Made by a program: the position numbers and the translations under genes. Below are positions 50,277 through 63,047 of a stretch of DNA of 64,000 nucleotides, piece after piece. The stretch's first letter is position 1. Each line of letters opens with the position of its first letter. The notes beneath the pieces were generated by a model that was given only the letters and a program-made list of their open reading frames with translations, searched no databases and had not been told where the DNA came from. The stretch covers positions 894 to 64,893 of the forward strand of contig BOXE01000007.1 of the NCBI GenBank assembly GCA_019650635.1. Reading direction: 5' to 3'. Source of the DNA: Alphaproteobacteria bacterium. Lineage in GTDB: Bacteria > Pseudomonadota > Alphaproteobacteria > Methylaequorales > Methylaequoraceae.

Positions 50277-52859
50277 ATGAATTTTGATCAATTCAACGAT
50301 AAAAGTAAATTATTAATTAATCAAGCACAAAATAAAGCGGTATCACTAAACAATCAACAAATCTCAGTTGAACATTTAGTTTTTAGTATTTTTAATGATT
50401 CTGATAGTTTTATCGAGGATATAATTGAAAATTGCCAATTAGAAAAATCGAATCTTACAGATTTAGTTGAAAGAGAAATTACTAATATACCTAAAGTTCT
50501 TGGAAGGAATATTAATGTTTTTCTTTCAGATGAACTAGTTAAGGTTTTAGAATTATCAAAAACAACAAAAGATGAATTTAATGATTCGTTTATTTCTCCT
50601 GAAATTTTATTGTATACTATTTTATGTTTAGAAGATCTAAAGATTACACAATTATTGAATACTAATAAATTAAATAAGAATACACTTAAATCAGTCATTT
50701 TAAAACTACGGAAAGGCCAAACTATTAACGAAAAAAATTCAAATTCTAGTTCTGATGAACTATCAAAGTATTCTGTAGATCTTACAGAATTGGCAAAATT
50801 AGGAAAATTAGATCCAGTAATTGGAAGAGAAGAAGAAATAAGAAGAAGTATTCAGGTTCTATCAAGAAGAACAAAAAATAATCCAGTACTGATAGGAGAA
50901 CCCGGTGTAGGTAAAACCGCTATTGTTGAAGGATTAGCATTAAGAATTATCAATAATGATATTCCAGACTCATTAAAAAAAAAGAAAGTTATTTCCTTAG
51001 ATTTAGGTTCATTAGTTGCAGGAGCCAAATTTCGTGGAGATTTTGAAGAAAGATTAAAAAAAATTCTTAAGAACATCGAAAATAATAAACATTCAACTAT
51101 TTTATTTATAGATGAAATACATACTTTAGTAGGTGCTGGTAAAACTGATGGAGCAATGGACGCATCAAACTTATTAAAGCCAGCCTTGGCTAGGGGAGAA
51201 CTTCATTGTATTGGAGCAACTACACTAAATGAATACAGAGAACATATTGAAAAAGATGCCGCTCTAGCTCGAAGATTTCAGCAAATATTGGTCGAGGAAC
51301 CAAGCTTGGATGACTCAATATCTATTTTAAGAGGATTAAAAGAAAAATATGAAGTTCATCATGGAGTAAAAATTCTAGATTCAGCAATAGTCTCCGCAGT
51401 TGAATTATCTCAAAGATATATTAATGACAGATTTTTACCTGATAAAGCAATTGATCTTATGGATGAAGCAGCATCACGTATAAGATTACAAATTGATTCA
51501 AAGCCGGAAAAGCTAGATAAAATTGAGAGAAAACTTTTACAAAATAAAATTGAATATGAAAGCTTAAAAAAAGAAAACGATAAAAAGTCTGTAGACAGAA
51601 CAAATGACCTTAAAGAAGAAATTAAAAAATTAGAGAAAGAATTTGAAGATTTTAATAATAATTGGAATAGAGAAAAGAATGTAATTAACGATATTCAAAA
51701 ACTCAAATCTACAATTGAATTCAATAGAAATAAGTTAAACATCCTACAAAGAGAGGGTGAATTATCAAAAGCAGGGGAATTGGCTTACAGTGAGATTCCC
51801 GAACTAGAGAATAAACTTAAAATGCTAGAATCGAAGAAAGAGCAGAAAATTTTAAGAAAGTTCGTATCTCCAGATGAAATTGCAGAAGTAATATCTAAAT
51901 CAACTGGGGTCCCAGTAGAAAGAATGCTAGAGGGAGAGAAAGAAAAAATAATCAATATGGAGAATGAACTTCAAAAAAAAGTCATTGGACAAACTGAAGC
52001 AATTCAAAAAATATCTAGATGTGTACTAAGAGCAAGAGCCGGAATTCAAGACCCTAATAGACCCATAGGTATTTTTTTATTTCTAGGGCCTACAGGTGTA
52101 GGAAAAACGGAATTGACAAAAATTCTTTCCGAATTTCTTTTTAATGATAAAAAATCATTATTTAGATTGGACATGTCTGAATTTATGGAAAAACATTCAG
52201 TTTCGAAATTAATTGGTTCGCCACCAGGCTACGTTGGATTCGAGGAAGGTGGAATTTTAACAGAATCTATTAGAAGAAAACCATATCAACTAGTTCTGCT
52301 TGACGAGATTGAGAAGGCTCATCCAGATGTTTTTAATTTATTATTACAAGTCTTTGATGATGGAAGGTTAACTGACTCCAAAGGCAGATTTGTAAACTTT
52401 AAAAATACAATTATTATTATGACTTCAAATTTAGGTGCCGAATTAATCGAGTTTTCTGAGGAACAAAAGAATCAGGTGGAGGTTTTTACAAAAGAAAAAA
52501 TAATGGAAAAAGTTAGAAAGCATTTTAAACCTGAATTTTTAAATAGAATTGATGAATCTATAATATTTAATAGGCTTACAAAAAAAGAAATAAAAAAAAT
52601 CATTGATATTCAGTTGGATTTTCTTGAAGAAATTTTGAAACCTAAAAAAATTTCAGCTAAATTTGACGAAAAATCAAAGAATTGGATTGTAAATGAAGGG
52701 TTTTCCAACTTATATGGAGCAAGACCATTAAAAAGACTTATACAAAAAGAGATTATAGATAAGATAGCACATCTCATTTTAAGTAATAATATTAAGGAAG
52801 GTTCACAAGTTAGTGTAACTGTAAATGAAAATAATGAATTAATTATAAATTATGATTAA
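50277..52859 (+). CDS. clpB: ATP-dependent chaperone/disaggregase ClpB
   Basis: Two AAA+ modules (GEPGVGKT, GPTGVGKT), coiled-coil middle domain, 860 aa. Confidence 0.95.
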   Translation: MNFDQFNDKSKLLINQAQNKAVSLNNQQISVEHLVFSIFNDSDSFIEDIIENCQLEKSNLTDLVEREITNIPKVLGRNINVFLSDELVKVLELSKTTKDEFNDSFISPEILLYTILCLEDLKITQLLNTNKLNKNTLKSVILKLRKGQTINEKNSNSSSDELSKYSVDLTELAKLGKLDPVIGREEEIRRSIQVLSRRTKNNPVLIGEPGVGKTAIVEGLALRIINNDIPDSLKKKKVISLDLGSLVAGAKFRGDFEERLKKILKNIENNKHSTILFIDEIHTLVGAGKTDGAMDASNLLKPALARGELHCIGATTLNEYREHIEKDAALARRFQQILVEEPSLDDSISILRGLKEKYEVHHGVKILDSAIVSAVELSQRYINDRFLPDKAIDLMDEAASRIRLQIDSKPEKLDKIERKLLQNKIEYESLKKENDKKSVDRTNDLKEEIKKLEKEFEDFNNNWNREKNVINDIQKLKSTIEFNRNKLNILQREGELSKAGELAYSEIPELENKLKMLESKKEQKILRKFVSPDEIAEVISKSTGVPVERMLEGEKEKIINMENELQKKVIGQTEAIQKISRCVLRARAGIQDPNRPIGIFLFLGPTGVGKTELTKILSEFLFNDKKSLFRLDMSEFMEKHSVSKLIGSPPGYVGFEEGGILTESIRRKPYQLVLLDEIEKAHPDVFNLLLQVFDDGRLTDSKGRFVNFKNTIIIMTSNLGAELIEFSEEQKNQVEVFTKEKIMEKVRKHFKPEFLNRIDESIIFNRLTKKEIKKIIDIQLDFLEEILKPKKISAKFDEKSKNWIVNEGFSNLYGARPLKRLIQKEIIDKIAHLILSNNIKEGSQVSVTVNENNELIINYD

Positions 52860-53663
52860 AAACGTTGGATTTATTGGTCTTGGTGTAATGGGTTATAATA
52901 TTGCACTTCATATAATTAATGCTAATAAAAATGTTCATATAATTAATAGAAATTCAGTTAATACATTAAAATTTATAAAAAAATTTAAAAACTCTGGACG
53001 ACTTTTTACATATGATCAATACGATCACTTATCAAATAAATGTGATTTTATAATATCTTGTGTTGGCAAAGATTTAGATTTAAAAAATGTATATCTATCA
53101 AAAAATGGAATATTGAAAGGTTTACGTCCAAAAACATTAATCGTGGACCATACTACTGCGTCGTACGATATATCGAAGTTATTGTATGAGAAAACTTTAG
53201 GTAAGAAATGCTATTTTTTTGATGCACCAATTAGTGGTGGAGAAATTGGTGCAATAAATGGAACATTGTCAATTATGGTTGGTGGAAAAAAGTCAAAATT
53301 CAATAATATAAAAGAAATTTTAGATTTATACTCTAAGTCATTAATTTATATGGGTATATCTGGTTCGGACAACTTACTAAAATGGTTAATCAAATATGTG
53401 TGCAACAATTATTCAAGGTTAGCTGAGGGTTTGAATTTGCTAAAAAAAAAAAACTAAACATTGATAGCCTTATTAAAGTATTAAAAAATGGAGCTGGTCA
53501 ATCATGGCAATTAGAGAATAGGGCAAAAACAATGTGGAAATCAGAGTTCGACTTTGGATTTATGAATAAATTGATGCTTAAAGACCTTGATATAATTATC
53601 AAAGAAATAAGTCAATCTGATATTAGACTTCCGGTAACAAAAATAATAAAAAAACAATTATAA
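52852..53663 (+). CDS. NAD-binding 3-hydroxyisobutyrate/6-phosphogluconate dehydrogenase-like oxidoreductase, at least 4 small indels (about 53360-53455)
   Basis: VGFIGLGVMGYNIA Rossmann motif. The C-terminal half is recoverable only by frame hopping (SGSGQLTKMVNQICV.., GLAEGLNL, LNIDSLIKVLKNGAGQSWQLENR). Confidence 0.7.
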
Positions 53664-53700
53664 AAAACTTATTAAACTTGGTTTTGAAAAAGAAGATACT

Positions 53701-54871
53701 TCAAACTTGATAAGATTGTTGTTGTAAAAATTTTATTAAATTGAACTTGCTTAGATTTTTAATAATTACGTTCTTTAATTCACTAATACCACTACCGTCA
53801 ACTGCAGAAATCATTACAGATTTCTCACTCAACGAATTGTGGTAATTTATTTTATTTTTGACTAAATCAGTTTTATTTATTACTTCTATTATTCTTTCAT
53901 CATCTTTTTGAACTCCAATTTCTTCAAGTATTCTTAAAACCTCATTTTTTTGATCAAAATACTCTGAGTCTGAAATATCTCTGACATGAAGTATCAAATC
54001 AGAATTTATAATTTCATTAAGTGTTGATTTAAACGAGTCAATTAAAGTTGTTGGTAAATCTCTAATAAAACCTACGGTATCAATAAAATTTAAATTAAAA
54101 CCATTTATGTAACCATTTCTTATAGTTGAGTCCAAAGATGCAAATAACATGTTTTTTGATAATACTTTAGATTTTGTAATTAGATTAAATAATGTTGATT
54201 TCCCAGAATTTGTATAACCTACTAATGAAATAATAGGTATTTTATTTTTTATTCTTCTATATCTTTGAATATTTCTTATTTTATCAATTTTATTATTTTA
54301 ATTTTAGTCTGTTAATTCTCTCTGTTAATTGGCGTCTATCTGATTCAATTTGTTTTTCACCAGGGCCTCCCATAAATCCAGCTCCACCTCTTTGTCTTTC
54401 TAGGTGAGTCCATGATCTTACAAGTCTACTCTTTTGGAATTTTAAGCTAGCTAATAAAACACTAAGTTTCCCCTCATTTGATTTGGCTCGAGAACCAAAT
54501 ATTTCTATAATTAAACCTGTTCTATCTATAATTTTACAGTTTGTTGCTTTTTCTAAGTTTCTTTGTTGTATAGGGGACAGATTTGTATTTAAAAATATCA
54601 ATTCGGCATTAAGGTCAATTACTTTTTGTTTCAAAAAAACAACATAACCAGATTTAAGATAGGTTTTTGGATTTACATTGTCTATCCCAACTAGAGACGA
54701 ATCAATGCAATTTAAATTGATTGCTTGAACCAACCTTATGGCTTCTTCTAGAAGTATTTCTTTTGAGCCTCGGGATCTTTTTATATATGGATGAATAACT
54801 ATCGTTTGTGTATCATTCATGAATTTGACATTTAACGAGTTCATTGTACATTTTATTAATACTTGAGTCAT
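53701..54871 (-). CDS. hflX: GTPase HflX (frame break about 54290)
   Basis: HflX N-domain (ERQRGGAGFMGGPGEKQIE) and G-domain (LVGYTNSGKSTLFN, DTVGFI, NKTD). Confidence 0.85.
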
Positions 54872-55665
54872 TTTCCTGGCTTTCCATTACCTATATTTTT
54901 TTCATTAATTTTTACAACTGGAAGTATTTTTGCGGTAGTACTAGTTAAGAAAGCTTCTTTACTTGAAAATAAATCACTTGAAGAAAACGCCTTTTCGATG
55001 ACTTTTATTTTATTTTTTTTTGCAATCTCAATAAGTGTATCTCGTGTTACCCCACCTAAAATAAAATTGTTAGCTGGATGTGTTTGAATAAAACCATTTC
55101 TATTTACTATGAAGGCATTTGATGTCGATCCTTCTGTGATTAAGTTATTTCTTTTTTGCCATGATTCATACATTCCCTCTTCGAAGGCATTTTGTTTTTC
55201 TAAAACATTTGGTAATAAAGAAATGGACTTAATGTCACATCTTTTCCATCTAAGATCTTCAGTTAATCGAACTTTTACTCCACTCAGGATCAATTTTTTA
55301 TCTAATTTTGCAGTAAAAGTGAAAATGACTATATTGGGCTTAGATAGTTTTGGAAAAAGATGATTTCTAGACGAGCTTCCTCTTGTAATTTGGAGATACA
55401 CAAACCCTTTATCTAGTTTATTTAACTTAATCAGTTTTTTTAATATTAATTCTAGACTTTTATAATTAGTCAATGGTTTTTGAATCCTTAAACCGTCAAG
55501 TGACTGTGATAGTCTTTTCACATGTTTGTCAAAATTGATTACTTGATTTCCAAAAAAAGACATAACCTCGTACACACCGTCAGAAAAGTTAAATCCCCTA
55601 TCTTGAATTGATATCATTGCTGAATTTTTTTCTTCATATGAACCATTTACATAACAAATTGACAT
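54868..55665 (-). CDS. Class IV (D-amino acid / branched-chain) aminotransferase
   Basis: 265 aa; fold-type IV pattern (RGFNFSDGVYEV.., ITEGSTSNAF, GGVTR). Confidence 0.75.
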   Translation of the reverse strand: MSICYVNGSYEEKNSAMISIQDRGFNFSDGVYEVMSFFGNQVINFDKHVKRLSQSLDGLRIQKPLTNYKSLELILKKLIKLNKLDKGFVYLQITRGSSSRNHLFPKLSKPNIVIFTFTAKLDKKLILSGVKVRLTEDLRWKRCDIKSISLLPNVLEKQNAFEEGMYESWQKRNNLITEGSTSNAFIVNRNGFIQTHPANNFILGGVTRDTLIEIAKKNKIKVIEKAFSSSDLFSSKEAFLTSTTAKILPVVKINEKNIGNGKPGK

Positions 55666-57047
55666 TAAAAAAACTCTATATTTACTTCTGAATATTTTTC
55701 TATTTCTTTGATAGATGACGGTTTAGAAAAAATTATTAACTTATCATTTACATATATAGTTGTGTTTTCATCTGGAAAAATCAATTTCTTATTTCTAACG
55801 ATACCACCAATAACCACACCATCTGGCATATCTAAATCAATTATTTTTTTATCAGCAAATTTGGTAGTAGGTAAAATCTCTATTTCCATTATTTCACCTC
55901 TGTCATTTCCAAAATCGTGAACCTCTTTTACTTTTCCTCTTCTCACATACTGTAAAATGGCTGAAGTTGTGATATTACCAGGATGGATAAGAACATCTAA
56001 ATCAAGCTTTTTTGACAAATTTCTATAATTTGTGTTATTAACGATCGCCATTGTTCTTTTGCATCCAAGATCTTTAGCCAAAAGTGAAGAGAAAATATTT
56101 ACCTCATCATCATCTGTTACAGTTATAATTGCTTCCGAATCGGATGCACCAGCATCTCTTAGTAGATTAGAATCGATTGCGTCTCCGCATAAAATAGTAC
56201 TTTGTTTTGAGAGCTTAGAAGAAATATCTTTTGTCCTCTCTAAATTATTATCAATAATTTTACAATTGATATCAGGATAGTCCTTCTCTAAAATTTTTAA
56301 AATATTCAAACCAATATTTCCAGCACCTACAACAATTAATTTTCTATTTTCTTGAGGTTTAATTCCAAAGACTCTAAGTGCTCTTAAAATATCATCATTT
56401 TTAATACAAATATAAATATCATCACCAGGATAAAGCTCAACTTTTCCAGTAGGAATTATAATCTCGTCTTTTCTAAAAATTGATAAAATCTTTACCTCTA
56501 GACCAGAAAAAATTCCTGGAAGCATTCGTAAAGGAGTATTTATTATTGGGCACGAATCATTTATCGATATTCCAATTATTCTTGCTATTTTATCACCTAA
56601 ATAGAATGAATCAAAAGCACCTGGAGTATTTAATTTTCTTATAATATCTTTTGCAACCTCTAACTCCGGTGAAATTATTGCATCAACATCAATTTTTCCT
56701 GGAGAGAAAATTTTCTTTGCATAATTTGACTTTAAATATTCAGATTCTTTAATTCTTGCTACTTTTAAAGGGATTTTAAATAAATGATTTGCAAGTTCAC
56801 ATGAAATAATATTAAGTTCATCACTTTCTGTAACTGCAATAATCATGTCAGCTTCATCAGCACCTGCTTTCTCAAGAATTTCTGGATGGGTTGTTTTTCC
56901 ACAAACACTTTTCAAATCCACACTTTTATTTAACATCCTTAAACTCGACTCTGATTTGTCGATGATTGTTACATCATTATCCTCGTAAACAAGCTGTTTA
57001 GCAATATTAGAACCAATTTCACCCGCACCGCAAACTATAATTTTCAT
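55665..57047 (-). CDS. trkA: Trk potassium uptake system NAD-binding subunit
   Basis: Two RCK/KTN modules (MKIIVCGAGEIG.., LIVVGAGNIG..). Confidence 0.9.
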   Translation of the reverse strand: MKIIVCGAGEIGSNIAKQLVYEDNDVTIIDKSESSLRMLNKSVDLKSVCGKTTHPEILEKAGADEADMIIAVTESDELNIISCELANHLFKIPLKVARIKESEYLKSNYAKKIFSPGKIDVDAIISPELEVAKDIIRKLNTPGAFDSFYLGDKIARIIGISINDSCPIINTPLRMLPGIFSGLEVKILSIFRKDEIIIPTGKVELYPGDDIYICIKNDDILRALRVFGIKPQENRKLIVVGAGNIGLNILKILEKDYPDINCKIIDNNLERTKDISSKLSKQSTILCGDAIDSNLLRDAGASDSEAIITVTDDDEVNIFSSLLAKDLGCKRTMAIVNNTNYRNLSKKLDLDVLIHPGNITTSAILQYVRRGKVKEVHDFGNDRGEIMEIEILPTTKFADKKIIDLDMPDGVVIGGIVRNKKLIFPDENTTIYVNDKLIIFSKPSSIKEIEKYSEVNIEFF

Positions 57048-58407
57048 TTTTCTAATTCTGTTTTGATGTTAAGTGATTTAAGTTTTCTGTAAATTGCAGT
57101 TCGTTCCATTCCAATTTCTTTAGCCATTTTTGTTACATTATATTTGAATTTTTCTAAATTAAATAGGAGATATTTTTTTTCAAAATCTTCTCTTGCACTC
57201 TTAATAGACATATTCATAGAGTCTTCAAAAAAAATATTCTTTTTATCAACAAGATTGGTACCTAAACCAATAACATCACTTAAATTAATTTCGTCATTAT
57301 CTATATTATTCAACATTACAATTATCCACTCTACAAACTTTTTAAGTTGAAAAATATTTCTAAAATAATCTAAATCAATCAAATATGAAATAACTTCAGT
57401 GGAAAATTTCTTTATTTTCAGACCTTTTTCAATAAATATCTCAGATGCAAAAATTTCTATTAATTCTCCCATATCATTTTTTCTATTAGATAGACTTGGT
57501 ATTTCTATGATTGTAAAATTTAATTTTTTTAATAAATCTTTTCTTAAACTTTGCTTGCAAGATTTTTATTTGACGAAGCAATTACTCTTAAATCTAAAAC
57601 ATTAGGATTTAATGCTCCAATTCTATAATATTTTTTTTCATCAAGAACTCTTAATATTTGTCCTTGTAATTTATCTGCTAAAGATGTGATATTCTTAAAA
57701 TATATAGTCCCATTATTTACTTCGTCTAGCAAACCTAATTCTTTGATTACTTGATTATCTTCAGATCCAAAAAGTTGTTCTTCAAATATTTTTTTATCTA
57801 ATCTACAATCTATTGATTTAAAATATTTTTTTGATCTATGAGAATAGTCATGTATTTTTGATGCAACAAATTCTTTACCACTTCCTTCGTCACCAATAAG
57901 TACAATATTAGAATCAGTTTTACTGACTTCTTTAATTTTTTTTTCAAGGAGTTTTGAAGATTTTGAAATTGCAACAATTTCAGAATCCAAATCTTTTCTT
58001 GAAAATTTTTCAATTTTCTTTTTTAAAATATAATTCTCTATTGCTTTCTTAATTTTGAAAATAAGTAGATCACTATCAAATGGTTTCTCTATGAAATCAT
58101 ATGCTCCCTTTTTAATAGAATTTACTGCTGTTTCAATATTCCCATGACCACTAATCATGATGACTGGAATATTGTGATCAATTCTTTGAAGTTTTTCTAG
58201 AGCTTGAAAACCATCAAATTTTGAATTATTCAACCAAATATCCAATAGAACAAGAGAAAATGATTTTTGTTTAAAAATCTCTAAACCCTTTTCTGAAGTA
58301 TTAGCTTTATCACATGAATATCCAATATCATTCAGAAGACCACTAAGTTGGTTACAAATATCTGGTTCATCATCAATGATTAAAATTTTACTATCTTTAA
58401 ATTTCAT
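57044..58407 (-). CDS. ntrX: Response regulator NtrX (sigma54-activator-like), frame break about 57545-57580
   Basis: Receiver domain (ILIIDDEPDI..LLDIWL), AAA+ core (LIGDEGSGKE), C-terminal HTH (MERTAIYRKLKSLNI). Confidence 0.8.
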
Positions 58408-58423
58408 ATCTTCATTTGAAAAA

Positions 58424-60547
58424 TTAAACTCTTATAAATTTCAATCTCACGCAAGCTCCACCATATTCTTCGCTATCAAGTAAATTAATCTCACCTCCAT
58501 GATCTTCAATAATTTTTTTACATATTGCAAGTCCTAAACCAGTACCATTAATTTTATTCGTTATGTAGGGTTCAAATAATTTATCTCTATTTTCAGGGAA
58601 ACCAGTACCATTATCTTCAATAATTATTACAATTAATTTTTTTTCTATATAAACTTGAACTGATATTACTTTATTCTTTTTTTCTGATGACTCATATGAA
58701 TTTTTTAATATATTCAGAAATACTCTTCCTATTTGATTTTCATCACAATTAATTCTCAATTCTTTAAATTTATTTTTGTAAATAAATTTAATTTTGTTGT
58801 CTAAAATTTTTATTGTTTTAATTTGGGTTTCTATTATTTTGCTTAATTTTACCTCTTTAAAAACACTTTCTGGCATTCTTGCAAAGTTTGAAAAGTCAGA
58901 AACTAAAGTTTGAATATTATTTACTTGTCTTTTAATTGTATCAGTACAATCTAAAATCGATTTTTTATTGACTTTATTTTCTATAAATGTTTTTTCTAAT
59001 CTTTGCGCAGATAGCTTAATAGGGGTTAACGGATTTTTAATTTCATGAGCCATATATCTTGCAACATTGGACCAAGCAGCATGTTTTTGTGCTGAAACTA
59101 ATTCAGACACATCATCTATACTTAGAATAAAACCTTTAACCGAGTTCTTTTCAATAATTTCTGAAATCTTAATATTTAAAAATTTAAGTTTATAGTTTGC
59201 TAAGTATTTTATTTGAATTTCATTATTTTTTATTTTATCAAGATTGAATTTTTTTATTATTTGCTTAATGTTATTGTGATTATCTAAAAAATCTTTAGTA
59301 ATTTTTTTATCGAATATCTCCTGAGAATTTTTGTTACTTAAAAGAACCTTACCATTTAAATCAACATAAATTATTCCTGTATTGATATTATTTATAATAT
59401 TTTCTGTAAACTTTCTTCTTAAATTTATTATCTCTTTTGCTTTTAATAATTTATTTTTTTGATCGTTTAAAATATCAAGCATTTTATTTAAAACATTTGA
59501 CAAAATATTAAATTCATTATTACCAGTAAACACTCTTATTCTCGTTGAAAAATCTTCTTTTATTATTTTTTCAGAATCAAGAATTATTTGCATAATTGGC
59601 TCTATTATTCTATTTGAAAACCTCAGGCCAAACCATATTGAAAGAAGAATCATCAAAAAGTTAATAGCAATAAAAAGTTGATTAAATTGAGATTGAAAGC
59701 TATCTAATTTCTTTGTTATATTCAAATATTCATTTGCAGCATTATCAACAGACTCAACTCTCCCCAAAACATTTGAATCTACATCTTTACCAATAAATAA
59801 ATAAGTAGGTATTGCTCTTTGTATCTTAATTAAAGCTCTAACTTTAGTTTTTTCATTATTTGGAAAAACAGCAATGTCACCATCATCAGCAATTAAAAAG
59901 GACCATAGCGGAGGTGCTGTTTCAGACTCAATCAAAAAACTTCCAACTTTTGCGAGCAACTGACCAGTTCCTTCAAAAATTATTGCTTCCTCTAGATCCT
60001 TTATTTCTGCAAAATAACTCAAAAATTCTGTAAGTCTTTCTCTATCTGTAAAAAAAACAATCTTTTCATTATTTATTTCACTTTGTAAAAATAAAACATC
60101 ATTTTTAATGTTACTTATATGTTCGTTAAAATAAGACTCAGAAATATTTTTGGAACCATTAATTACTTGCTTTATCTTGTCGTTAAACCAAATTTTTATA
60201 CCTTGATCAAAAAAAATTAAAGAGAATACTGTAATTAATGTTGAAGGAATTAGAGTAATAAAAATGAATAATAATGTAAAATGTACTTTAAATTTAGATC
60301 TAAATTTTCTTTGATCAAAGTTCTCTTTTATTTTTCCTACAGAAATTAAAATAAGAAAAACAATAATAGCAAAATTAATTGAAATTAAATTAGAAACATT
60401 ATCAATTTCTTCCAAATTTGAAAGATTTCCTGTCAAGGTTAGAAAAATTAATAAACTAAGTATGAAAGATAATGAAAAGAGTATTAAAAAAATTATATTA
60501 GTTAAATCTTTTTTATCAACAAACTGTAATATTCTTTCTTTAATCAT
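58424..60547 (-). CDS. ntrY: Sensor histidine kinase NtrY
   Basis: N-terminal TM segments, HAMP, PAS, HisKA (MAHEIKNPLTPI), HATPase (DNGTGF..GTGLGLAI). Confidence 0.85.
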   Translation of the reverse strand: MIKERILQFVDKKDLTNIIFLILFSLSFILSLLIFLTLTGNLSNLEEIDNVSNLISINFAIIVFLILISVGKIKENFDQRKFRSKFKVHFTLLFIFITLIPSTLITVFSLIFFDQGIKIWFNDKIKQVINGSKNISESYFNEHISNIKNDVLFLQSEINNEKIVFFTDRERLTEFLSYFAEIKDLEEAIIFEGTGQLLAKVGSFLIESETAPPLWSFLIADDGDIAVFPNNEKTKVRALIKIQRAIPTYLFIGKDVDSNVLGRVESVDNAANEYLNITKKLDSFQSQFNQLFIAINFLMILLSIWFGLRFSNRIIEPIMQIILDSEKIIKEDFSTRIRVFTGNNEFNILSNVLNKMLDILNDQKNKLLKAKEIINLRRKFTENIINNINTGIIYVDLNGKVLLSNKNSQEIFDKKITKDFLDNHNNIKQIIKKFNLDKIKNNEIQIKYLANYKLKFLNIKISEIIEKNSVKGFILSIDDVSELVSAQKHAAWSNVARYMAHEIKNPLTPIKLSAQRLEKTFIENKVNKKSILDCTDTIKRQVNNIQTLVSDFSNFARMPESVFKEVKLSKIIETQIKTIKILDNKIKFIYKNKFKELRINCDENQIGRVFLNILKNSYESSEKKNKVISVQVYIEKKLIVIIIEDNGTGFPENRDKLFEPYITNKINGTGLGLAICKKIIEDHGGEINLLDSEEYGGACVRLKFIRV

Positions 60548-61981
60548 TATTTTCCATGTTTGGAAGATATTTTAAGTTTTTTTAATTTTGATCTCAAAGT
60601 ATTCCTGTTTATACCCAAGAATTTTTGAGGTTTTAATCTGATTTCCCTTACAGAATTCAAGTGCTTTTAATATTAAAGGTCTTTCAAATTCATTCATAAA
60701 TTTATCATGTAAACCTATCTTTTGATCATTACTATCTAGACTGTCAAAAAAGTTTTTTAAGAAACTTTCTAGATAAGAACGTAAATTTTCTTTTTCGTTT
60801 TTATTATTTGAGATTTCTTTTGTTTCAAATGGTTCAAATTTATCATAATCTATATAATCTTGGAGTATTGAAGAACTAATTATTGTATCAGATGTTAATA
60901 CAGATACTCTCTTCAATAGATTCTCTAACTCCCTAATATTTCCTGGCCAAAGATGGGATTTTAAAAAATTAACAGCAGAGCTATCGAATTGTTTTTTACC
61001 ATCAGAATAAAGGTTTAGATAATGTCTTCCAAGAGAAATAATATCATTTTCTCTCTCTCTTAGTGGTGGAAGAAAAATATTTATAACATTTAATCTATAA
61101 AATAAGTCTTCTCTAAACTCTCCTTTTTCAATAGAGGATTGGATATTCTTATTTGTTGCGGAAATTATTCTAACATCAGTTTTGATAACTTCTCTTCCAC
61201 CTACTCTTGTAAATTCTCCAAATTGAAGAACCCTAAGTAACCTTGATTGAATGTCGTATGGCATATCACCAATCTCATCTAAAAAAAGTGTTCCACCAGA
61301 TGATTTTTCAAAAAAACCTGACGTTTTCTTTTCAGCTCCTGTAAAAGCTCCTTTTTCGTACCCAAATAATTCACTTTCAATTAAATTTTCTGGAAGTGAA
61401 GCCATATTAATAGCAATAAAAGGTTTATCAGCTCTATCACTAAAATTATGTATAGTTTTTGCAACAAGTTCTTTACCTGTACCAGATTCGCCATTAATGA
61501 AAACTGAAAAATTTGTTTTGGTAATTTTTGCAATATTTTTATAAACAACCTGCATAACTGACGATGTACCGATCATTGGAAGATTCTCTTCAAATTTAAT
61601 TTCTTTGTTTTTTTCAGAATTTTTTTTTAAAGATCTATCAACAGAAATAATTAAATCATTCAAGTCAAGTGGTTTTGGAATATATTCAAAAACATCTAGT
61701 TGATCAGCCTTAATTGCAGTTAATATGTTGTTTTGAGCACTAATAATAATAAATTCCAGGTGATTAAATTTTTTCTTAAGCTTCTTTACTAACTCAAGCC
61801 CATCACCATCTGGAAGAACAACGTCGCAAATTACTAAATCGAAATCTTCTTTTTCAAGTAAATACCAACCCTCAGAAATAGTTGAAGCTGTTTTAATAGT
61901 AATTTTCGAAGTTCGTAATGCTTTTAGCATCACAGTTCTCAATGCGTAATCGTCGTCAATAATAAGAATTTTTTTTTGCAT
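60547..61981 (-). CDS. ntrC: Nitrogen regulation response regulator NtrC (frame break near the 3' end, about 60620)
   Basis: Receiver domain, GESGTGKELVA, GAFTGA, ESELFGYEKGAFTGA. The HTH (ILGINRNTLRSKLKKL) is recovered in an adjacent frame that ends overlapping the ntrY ATG. Confidence 0.85.
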
Positions 61982-61991
61982 ATTGTAAAAT

Positions 61992-63039
61992 TTAAAAAGG
62001 TAGTGTGATTTGTGCTGTTGTAACTCCTTCTTGAGATTCTAAAGATATTGTGCCTTCGTGATCATCAATAATTCTTTTTACCAAAAATAATCCTATTCCT
62101 GAACCTCTTTTTTTTGTTGAATAAAATGGAAGAAATATTTTGTCTATTAATTCCTTTGGAATTCCGTTTCCATTATCACAAATACTAATTTTTAATGAAT
62201 TTTTTTTTATAGAATTTTTTATGTTTGGAATTGATATGCTTTCTCCAACAACAAACCTTGTTTGAATTTTTAAATATGAACTTTTATTAAATAAAGATGA
62301 TTCGTAAGCATTTATTAAAATATTATCAAGAGCTTGAATTATTAAATCTCTGTTAATTTCAATTAAAGGAAGAGAAGGATCAAATTCTTCATAAATATTT
62401 AATTTGTTAGGCATTTGTTTAATTTTGAATAAACATAGTCTGATTAATTCGTGAATGTTCTCTTTTTTTTTTATTGAAATGTTCTTTGCTTCAGTAAGAG
62501 TGAAATTATGAAAAAGCCGAGTTATTCTTAATGCTTCTGATTTAATAATTTCTAAAAGTTCATCATCTACATTGGTATACCTTTTTTTTATTAAATCAGA
62601 TGCAAGTTTAATTGATGAAATTGGGTTATTAATCTCATGAGACAAAAAAGAAAATATCTCATTAAGATAGTTCATTTTTTCAAAAATACTTTTTTCTTTT
62701 GTAACTTTTTTTAAAACAATAAAGAATTTATTATTAAGTTCTTCAGAAGTAATACATTGAATTTCAAAAAAAAAATTTTTTAATTTAATATTATCTTTAA
62801 TTATAAAAACTCCATTTTTTTTTATTATTTCTGAAATATTTGCAATTAAAATTGAATTCTTTTGCAAATATATCTTCAAGTTCTTTACCCTCTAAGAATT
62901 CATTACTTTTTCCTAATAAATTTTGTGTTTCTAAGTTACAATATTCAATTTTTAAATTTTTTTTTTTTAATAGAAAAATTGGTTGCGGTAAAAGTTCAAA
63001 TATTGTTTTGAATAGTTGTGAAGAAGTGATTTCAGACAT
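61992..63039 (-). CDS. ntrB: Nitrogen regulation sensor kinase NtrB (frame break within 62797-62879)
   Basis: PAS-like N-terminus (ORF 62797..63039), HisKA (LSHEINNPIS), HATPase (DNGNGIP..GSGIGLFL). Confidence 0.8.
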
Positions 63040-63047
63040 AAAAAGTT